Position numbers and translations under genes: made by a program
Notes under the pieces: generated by a model
Told to the model about the DNA's origin: nothing
Database searches by the model: none
Seen by the model: the letters and a program-made list of their open reading frames with translations, nothing else
Shown here: positions 58,102-64,000 of the stretch, piece after piece
How positions within the stretch are numbered: the stretch's first letter is position 1
Layout of the letters: each line of letters starts with the position of its first letter
IMG/VR virus record: IMGVR_UViG_3300034272_002196
Coordinates: 1,901 to 65,900 of that record
Strand: one strand, 5' to 3'
Source of the DNA: a virus
Lineage: Duplodnaviria > Caudoviricetes
DNA length: 64,000 bases

Positions 58102-58851
58102 ATGGCAAAATTAAAAATACAACATACAAGAACTGGCGGACCTGGTTATGAAGCCGGTGCTAGCATTGTTACAGACAGCTTTGTAAGTCCAACACAGATC
58201 AATGGCACAAACATTGGTGGCACTGGTGGTGATCTCGATCAAACAGTGCCAACTATTCGTTGCAGTTTTCTTAGAGATAGTGGCGGTGCAGTTGATACAG
58301 GTTATATTATCTTCCAAAAAGGCATGCGTAAATTTGAAGTTAATAATTCTTCAGAAGCAAATACAACTGTTGCTTCGTTAGTAAATGCTATTGCAAGTGA
58401 ATTAACTACTGCAAACACAATGACCATACTAGCAAATGTGGCAACTATTCTTGGGGCTAACACTGCTAACATTGGAACAGGTGGCGGCGCATATACCAAT
58501 AACAGAGCATTTGCCTATGTAACATGGACCGGAGCTAACGTATCTGGTTACAGCACTCCAAGCACAGATCATCAACTTTCTGGTACAGGACTAACTGGAA
58601 ATGTTACTATTGTTGAGGTAAACAGTGCAACTAATGTCACTGTTAGTTGTGCAACGCAAACAGTGAGTACAGCTCAAGGTACAGTAACAGAACAATTCAA
58701 CGTTTCACGAATCAGCAATAAATTTGTTTCGGAATGGGATAATACAAAATGGCGTTACTACCTAGGTACACCATATTCTGATGGTGTAACAGTATTGAAT
58801 TCACAACCAGCATGGCAAGCAGTAACTCTTGTTCGTGTAGATAATGCTTGA
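58102..58851 (+). CDS. Virion structural protein (head-associated?)
   Basis: Own late motif ATAAATA 58025-58031, SD AAGGA and own terminator; Thr/Asn/Gly-rich, beta-rich. Confidence 0.6.
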   Translation: MAKLKIQHTRTGGPGYEAGASIVTDSFVSPTQINGTNIGGTGGDLDQTVPTIRCSFLRDSGGAVDTGYIIFQKGMRKFEVNNSSEANTTVASLVNAIASELTTANTMTILANVATILGANTANIGTGGGAYTNNRAFAYVTWTGANVSGYSTPSTDHQLSGTGLTGNVTIVEVNSATNVTVSCATQTVSTAQGTVTEQFNVSRISNKFVSEWDNTKWRYYLGTPYSDGVTVLNSQPAWQAVTLVRVDNA

Positions 58852-58870
58852 TTAATTTTAAGTTTACTCC

Positions 58871-58900
58871 AAAAATAGGCTGGGAACAGCCTATTTTTTT
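58871..58900 (+). terminator. Rho-independent terminator (potentially bidirectional)
   Basis: AAAAATAGGCTG-GGAA-CAGCCTATTTTTTT. Confidence 0.88.
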
Positions 58901-58954
58901 CTTTGAAAAAGAGTTAATCTTTATTTTGAATAAATACTCTAAACGAGACTTAGT

Positions 58955-59479
58955 ATGGCTGCAACTAAAAGAATTAATACCGGTGATTATACCATTACAA
59001 CATTTAAAAATGATGGCAACCCATTGGGCAATGTTGCCATCAACACTAATACTTTATTTGTTGACGGTAATTTAGTAGTAACTGGAATATATTCTAATGT
59101 CCAAGCATTCGACACTATTAATCCAATTTTAACTTTAAATGCCAATTTAACTACCAGCGAAAGTCCTAGGTCGGGAATAAGTGGTATTAAAAACAATAGG
59201 GGTAATCAAGCTAACGTTGGTTTATATTGGGACGAAACTGGCAGTTATGCCGACCAATGGATAGCCAACAATGGTATTACACAAGGTCCCATACTAACTA
59301 GCTATTCTACGAAGATAGAAAAATTAAGCGACCAGCCCGCAGGAGAAACTGGATATGTTGTTATAACAGCCAGTAATGTGGGCGTGGGGGGAAGTGGTGT
59401 TTTTGTTAATGCAGGAGTACAAAGTTCTGAGTTAACTACAAACATCAGCGTAAGAAAATATGGAATAATTTTTGGATAA
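58955..59479 (+). CDS. Virion structural protein
   Basis: Late motif ATAAATA 58930-58936; VDGNLVVTG fibre-type motif. Confidence 0.6.
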   Translation: MAATKRINTGDYTITTFKNDGNPLGNVAINTNTLFVDGNLVVTGIYSNVQAFDTINPILTLNANLTTSESPRSGISGIKNNRGNQANVGLYWDETGSYADQWIANNGITQGPILTSYSTKIEKLSDQPAGETGYVVITASNVGVGGSGVFVNAGVQSSELTTNISVRKYGIIFG

Positions 59480-59482
59480 AAT

Positions 59483-59794
59483 ATGTCATTACAAAGCTCA
59501 AACATATCAACAACTACATCAAGCGTCTATTCTAGTTCTGGATCGACCGCAGCATTAACTTTTTATTTTGCGAATTATTCGACAACTACTAATGCTACTT
59601 TCAGCTTATGGGCAGTATCCAGCGGAAACAGTCCGTCGAACATAAATGTTCTTTATAGTAATGTTACAGTTCTTGCAGGAGACACATATGTGGCTGATTC
59701 GGAAAGATTATTTTTAGAAAACGGCGATGAGTTATATGCTCGAGCAAATGCTAATAATGCTATTTCAATGACTTTAACATTTACAACAGTTTAA
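59483..59794 (+). CDS. Small beta-sandwich virion protein
   Basis: VYS...FAN...RLFLENGD pattern; similar to 61098-61430. Confidence 0.6.
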   Translation: MSLQSSNISTTTSSVYSSSGSTAALTFYFANYSTTTNATFSLWAVSSGNSPSNINVLYSNVTVLAGDTYVADSERLFLENGDELYARANANNAISMTLTFTTV

Positions 59795-59806
59795 AAGATA
59801 TATTAT

Positions 59807-61090
59807 ATGGGACGATTAGTTAAAAATACAGAAATTGATATTAATCAACTAAATGCTGCTCAAGTTACTTCGGGCGGCAGTCCCGTGTTGACTGTTGCTA
59901 ATAGTACGTTTGACAATGTCTTATATGTAGCCAAAAATGGAAATGATGCCAATGATGGCCGAAGTATGGCCACTCCAAAATTGACCATTGCCGGCGCAAT
60001 GGCCATTGCAACATCTGGTACAGCAGTTAAAGTGGCCAGCGGAACTTACACAGAAGCGATGCCAATTACTATGCCAGCAAACGTTGCTATAGTAGGCGAT
60101 GATGTTCGTAGTGTGTTTATTCAACCATCGGTCACTTCTAGCGACATGTTTTATATGAATAATGGAACATACGTTTGGGGAGTTACTGTAAGGAATTATA
60201 CAGGTAAAGCATTTAGTTTTCCACCAACAGGCGCAGGTGTAGTGACAGTAAGTCCTTACATTCAAAACGTAACAAGTTTTACAACAACTGGCACCACAGT
60301 TTACATAGACGGTAGTTTAAATACAGGTGTATTCAGTACTAGAGCAATGATTTTAGGATTTATTACCAGTATTAACCGCGGCGGCTTTGGTCTAGTAATG
60401 GTGAATAGAGCATATAGTCAATCAGTTAATGTATATACCATTGCCTGCGAAACAGGTGTTAAAGTTGAATCGGGCAGTTTCTTAACATTAAATGGCAGTG
60501 ATTGTGGTATTGGTAATGTAGGTTTATGGTCCGACGGTATCAGTAGTGAATTTACTGGAAATGCATTAGGCAATATACAAGTTGGTGAAACTAGCTGTAA
60601 TATTGCCAATGTATCATCACCGCCAAGAACCAATAATGGACTATTATTTAATGGCGATACTAATATGTACTTTATTACCACTTTCAGTAATGTTACTGCT
60701 TTGTTTGGTAATACATACGGCAACGTATGGAATGTAAATGTTTCGTCTAGATTTAGCACAAATACAGGCAATGTTATATCAAATACTACATCGGTTACAG
60801 GTTATCAAGTCAGTACTATTAGTGCCAGTGCTCATACTATGGAATATGTTGGTGCCGGAACCGATCCAGCAACTGCGTTACCTCAATACGGCGGTATACC
60901 TAAACCAGAAAATGAAGTTCGAGAAACAAATTATGGTAGAGTTAATTGGACCAGTACTGATCAAAAAGGAGATTTTAGAATTGGTCCTGGGCTTACAGTA
61001 GTGCGAGCAACCGGTACTATAGAAGGCGATGATTTTAACAGAAGTTTGTTTGCAGTTATGACTCCATACATTCTATCAATTGAAGGATAA
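59807..61090 (+). CDS. Tailspike/fibre with pectin-lyase-like beta-helix
   Basis: LYVAKNGNDANDG...PKLTI..A...VKVASGTYTE...VAIVGDDVR opening typical of right-handed beta-helix proteins; SPYIQNVT; TSTDQKGDFRIG. Confidence 0.7.
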   Translation: MGRLVKNTEIDINQLNAAQVTSGGSPVLTVANSTFDNVLYVAKNGNDANDGRSMATPKLTIAGAMAIATSGTAVKVASGTYTEAMPITMPANVAIVGDDVRSVFIQPSVTSSDMFYMNNGTYVWGVTVRNYTGKAFSFPPTGAGVVTVSPYIQNVTSFTTTGTTVYIDGSLNTGVFSTRAMILGFITSINRGGFGLVMVNRAYSQSVNVYTIACETGVKVESGSFLTLNGSDCGIGNVGLWSDGISSEFTGNALGNIQVGETSCNIANVSSPPRTNNGLLFNGDTNMYFITTFSNVTALFGNTYGNVWNVNVSSRFSTNTGNVISNTTSVTGYQVSTISASAHTMEYVGAGTDPATALPQYGGIPKPENEVRETNYGRVNWTSTDQKGDFRIGPGLTVVRATGTIEGDDFNRSLFAVMTPYILSIEG

Positions 61091-61097
61091 TTAAAAA

Positions 61098-61430
61098 ATG
61101 GCAACCCCTATTAACACGTTTAGAACTGTAACTGCTAATTTAATAACTGGCGGAAATACAATAATTTACACAGCTCCGCCTATTACGTCTACCATTATAT
61201 TAATGGCACAGGTAACAAATGTGGGTAATACCACAGAAAGAGTAACAGCCAGTCATTATGACGGAACCAGTGTTACTACAGAGTTAGTTAAAAATTTTAG
61301 TGTACCGATCAATGATGCAGTTGGTGTATTAGTAGGTAAACTAGTTTTAACAGCAGGTCAAAGTTTTACAGCAAATGCAAGTGCTAATGCTGCTCTTAAA
61401 TTAACTTTAAGTCTATTAGAAACCAAGTAA
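61098..61430 (+). CDS. Small beta-sandwich virion protein
   Basis: IYTAP...AQVTN...GKLVLTAGQ...LSLLET. Confidence 0.6.
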   Translation: MATPINTFRTVTANLITGGNTIIYTAPPITSTIILMAQVTNVGNTTERVTASHYDGTSVTTELVKNFSVPINDAVGVLVGKLVLTAGQSFTANASANAALKLTLSLLETK

Positions 61431-61431
61431 T

Positions 61432-64000
61432 ATGTCTAATAAAATCAGTGATAACATTGTAAGCGGTCGAGTTCTAAAAACTCCCAGTGCCAATGCAGAC
61501 CCAGGCAGATATACATACCTGGATCTACAAAATACTGAACCAGACTTAGGTTTACCAGCTGGTAATGCTTATGTATTAACAGGTAACGTCGATGGCGCAC
61601 GTATATGGGCCAACATAGCAGACCTTATCAGTGAAGGTGGCGGCCTATCCGGTAACATTAATGTTAACGGCGGCGGATCATTTGGTGGAAACGTTGAGGC
61701 TAATGGCAGTGGCTTATTCGGGGGAAATGTAGAAGCTAACGGCAGTGGCTTATTCGGGGGAAATGTAGAAGCTAACGGCAGTGGTCTCTTCGGGGGAAAT
61801 GTAGAAGCTAACGGCAGTGGCTTATTCGGTGGAAACGTTGAAGCTAACGGCAGTGGCAATTTCGGCGGTAATCTAAGTGCCAATGGTGATGGAAACTTTG
61901 GTGGCAACTTAAGTGCTAATGGTGACGGAAATTTCGGTGGTAATGTAAGCGCCAACGGCGATGGTAATTTTGGTGGAAATATTAATGCCAACGGAGACGG
62001 TAATTTTGGCGGTAATGTAAACGCCAATGGTGACGGAAATTTCGGTGGTAATGTAAGCGCCAATGGTGACGGAAATTTCGGTGGCAATTTAAATGTAAAC
62101 GGATCGGCATTTTTTGGTAATGATGTTATTGTTACCGGCAACTTAACTGCAAACGGATTAACTGTAAACTATAGCGGTACCTTTGGTACAACATTATGGG
62201 CCGGCGGTGGTATACAAAATACATACTTAGGCAATTTGCAACCAATTCCTGGCGCAAACATTAATGTAACGAATGCTGGCGGAATTAGATTAAGTGGCAA
62301 TACGATATCGTCTATCGATTCTACAGCAAACATTAATTTAGCTCCAGGTACTACTAAATTAGTTAATATACAAACAGCAGGAGCACTTGGCTTACCTGTT
62401 GGAACTACAGGTGATAGATCAGGCATTACTACTCCAGGAGCAACCAGATATAACAGTGACACAACAATAATTGAGTATTATAATGGTACAGACTGGATAC
62501 CAGTTGCTGGGTTAATCGGTCAGCAATTAATCACAGGAAATAACGGTGCATCTTATCCTTTGACAAATTCTACTACAGCAGTAGGATTGCTTGTTGTAAA
62601 AGGTAATGATTTCTTACAGCCAAACGTAGATTATACTGTAAATGCAAATGTTATAACATTCACCGCTAATCTTGGAATCACAGATCCTCAAGTTGATATT
62701 AGATATTTGAGTGCAGGTCAAACATTTATTGTATCTGCTGCCGCGGGTGCAAATACACAAGTACAATTCAATGATGCCGGGCAAATGTCAGGCAGTTCTG
62801 GATTTACTTTTCAAAAGCCGGCAAATTTATTAACAGTTAGCGGCAATGTTGCTGCAAGTTACTTTTTAGGAAACGGTGCTTTATTAAGTGGATTACCTGG
62901 CGGAACTCAGATAATAAATGGTAACAGTAATGTTGTTGTATATAATAACGGCAATATTGCTAGTAGTGTTAGGGGAATATCCAATGTAGTGATATTTGCA
63001 CCTAACGGTGTATTTGCGACTGATTATTTTTATTCTAACGGCGTTAGAGCAGTCGGCCCACAAGGACCTCGCGGCCCACAAGGCCCACAAGGGCCATCTG
63101 GTGTATCAGGTCCACAAGGACCATCTGGTGTATCAGGTCCACAAGGTCCCAGTGGAGCTCAAGGGCCATCTGGAGTATCAGGTCCACAGGGTCCTAGCGG
63201 AGTTCAAGGACCACAGGGTGTTCCTGGAGCACAAGGACCACAAGGGCCTACTGGATTACAAGGGCCACAAGGCCCACGAGGACCACAAGGTATTGGAGCT
63301 CAGGGACCACAAGGACCACAAGGAATAGCAGGAGCTCAAGGACCACAAGGGCCTACTGGTATAGGAGCTCAAGGACCACAAGGACCACAAGGTCCAATTG
63401 GAAATCAAGGTCCACAAGGACCTACTGGTATAGGAGTACAGGGACCACAAGGAACACAAGGACCTATAGGACCACAGGGGCCACAGGGACCACAGGGTCC
63501 AATTGGTAACTTAGGACCACAAGGTCCAACTGGACCACAAGGAATTCCGGGCCCTGGCGGTACCGGACCACAAGGAAGTCAAGGACCACAAGGACCCACA
63601 GGACCACAAGGCCCTTCAGGTGCAGATAGTTCAGTTCCTGGTCCACAAGGACCCACTGGACCGCAAGGGCCACAGGGTGTGGGCACACAGGGACCACAGG
63701 GTGCTACAGGTCCCACTGGGCCACAAGGTGCTCAAGGACCACAAGGACCACAAGGTGCTCAAGGACCACAAGGACCACAAGGACCACAAGGCCCACAAGG
63801 AGTAACTGGACCACAAGGTGCTCAAGGACCACAAGGACCACAAGGCCCACAGGGGCCACAGGGACCGCAAGGTGTAACCGGACCGCAAGGCGCTCAAGGC
63901 CCACAAGGGGTTGGTGCTCAAGGACCACAAGGGCCACAAGGTTCAGCTGGAGATAGATATACAACTACAAGTAGTAACAGTCTTACAATTGGCGCAGGAA
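61432..64000 (+). CDS. Collagen-like fibre protein with N-terminal 12-aa beta repeats (3' end beyond window)
   Basis: Not in ORF track. ATG 61432 [16 protein letters not shown]...EPDLGLP, then 12-aa repeats, then in-frame Gly-X-Y repeats from 63055, ending [17 protein letters not shown] at the window edge. Confidence 0.9.
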   Translation, partial: MSNKISDNIVSGRVLKTPSANADPGRYTYLDLQNTEPDLGLPAGNAYVLTGNVDGARIWANIADLISEGGGLSGNINVNGGGSFGGNVEANGSGLFGGNVEANGSGLFGGNVEANGSGLFGGNVEANGSGLFGGNVEANGSGNFGGNLSANGDGNFGGNLSANGDGNFGGNVSANGDGNFGGNINANGDGNFGGNVNANGDGNFGGNVSANGDGNFGGNLNVNGSAFFGNDVIVTGNLTANGLTVNYSGTFGTTLWAGGGIQNTYLGNLQPIPGANINVTNAGGIRLSGNTISSIDSTANINLAPGTTKLVNIQTAGALGLPVGTTGDRSGITTPGATRYNSDTTIIEYYNGTDWIPVAGLIGQQLITGNNGASYPLTNSTTAVGLLVVKGNDFLQPNVDYTVNANVITFTANLGITDPQVDIRYLSAGQTFIVSAAAGANTQVQFNDAGQMSGSSGFTFQKPANLLTVSGNVAASYFLGNGALLSGLPGGTQIINGNSNVVVYNNGNIASSVRGISNVVIFAPNGVFATDYFYSNGVRAVGPQGPRGPQGPQGPSGVSGPQGPSGVSGPQGPSGAQGPSGVSGPQGPSGVQGPQGVPGAQGPQGPTGLQGPQGPRGPQGIGAQGPQGPQGIAGAQGPQGPTGIGAQGPQGPQGPIGNQGPQGPTGIGVQGPQGTQGPIGPQGPQGPQGPIGNLGPQGPTGPQGIPGPGGTGPQGSQGPQGPTGPQGPSGADSSVPGPQGPTGPQGPQGVGTQGPQGATGPTGPQGAQGPQGPQGAQGPQGPQGPQGPQGVTGPQGAQGPQGPQGPQGPQGPQGVTGPQGAQGPQGVGAQGPQGPQGSAGDRYTTTSSNSLTIGAG
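61651..62120 (+). repeat. 36-bp coding tandem repeat (about 12-13 copies)
   Basis: Encodes [12 protein letters not shown] then FGGN(L/V/I)(S/N)ANGDGN units. Confidence 0.9.
63055..63951 (+). repeat. Collagen Gly-X-Y repeat, mostly GPQ (about 300 aa)
   Basis: Repeated GGA/GGC/GGG-CCA-CAA/CAG codons in the frame of 61432. Confidence 0.95.

Noticed and set aside
61651-62120. 36-bp periodic repeats as a possible CRISPR or guide array
   Set aside because: Head-to-tail units with no unique spacers, variation mostly at synonymous positions, in frame within a CDS; no cas genes.
61569-63964. Several repeat-rich ORFs in other frames ([20 protein letters not shown])
   Set aside because: Alternative-frame read-outs of the 12-aa and collagen repeats of the 61432 gene.
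1-64000. Stop-codon reassignment, inteins, tRNA genes, integrase or reverse transcriptase
   Set aside because: Genes are full length and tightly packed under code 11. Portal, gp46, gp47 and MCP are of normal size with no intein motifs seen. No cloverleaf, integrase or RT motifs were recognised.

Overview
A 64 kb segment of an AT-rich, large T4-like (myovirus-type) phage genome in the standard genetic code. The minus-strand block (1-39563) carries baseplate and tail genes (gp48/54-, gp53-, gp5-, gp25-, gp6-like, a 4553-aa giant virion protein, fibres). It continues into a sigma70-promoter-led operon of glycosyltransferase-like genes, an SGNH-like protein and five radical SAM enzymes. The mostly plus-strand block (39672-64000) carries a gp55-like late sigma factor, gp47/gp46 interleaved with an SDR-like gene and three more radical SAM genes, and a short GIY-YIG nuclease. 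It then has the tape-measure-like, portal, protease, scaffold and major capsid genes, further virion proteins and a collagen-like fibre that runs off the window. Highlights: (1) a ~350-nt highly structured, doubly pseudoknotted ncRNA candidate starting right after the GIY-YIG stop codon; (2) eight radical SAM enzymes, seven with an N-terminal twitch/SPASM-like cysteine domain, next to glycosyltransferases; (3) an apparent AUU start codon for the late sigma factor; (4) a candidate -1 frameshift fusing the gp26-like chaperone to the next ORF; (5) several probable leaderless transcripts. Two long genes (1-1088, 61432-64000) and one small gene (14648-14803) are missing from the supplied ORF track and were translated by hand. 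All product calls come from motif recognition and gene context; no database searches were run.
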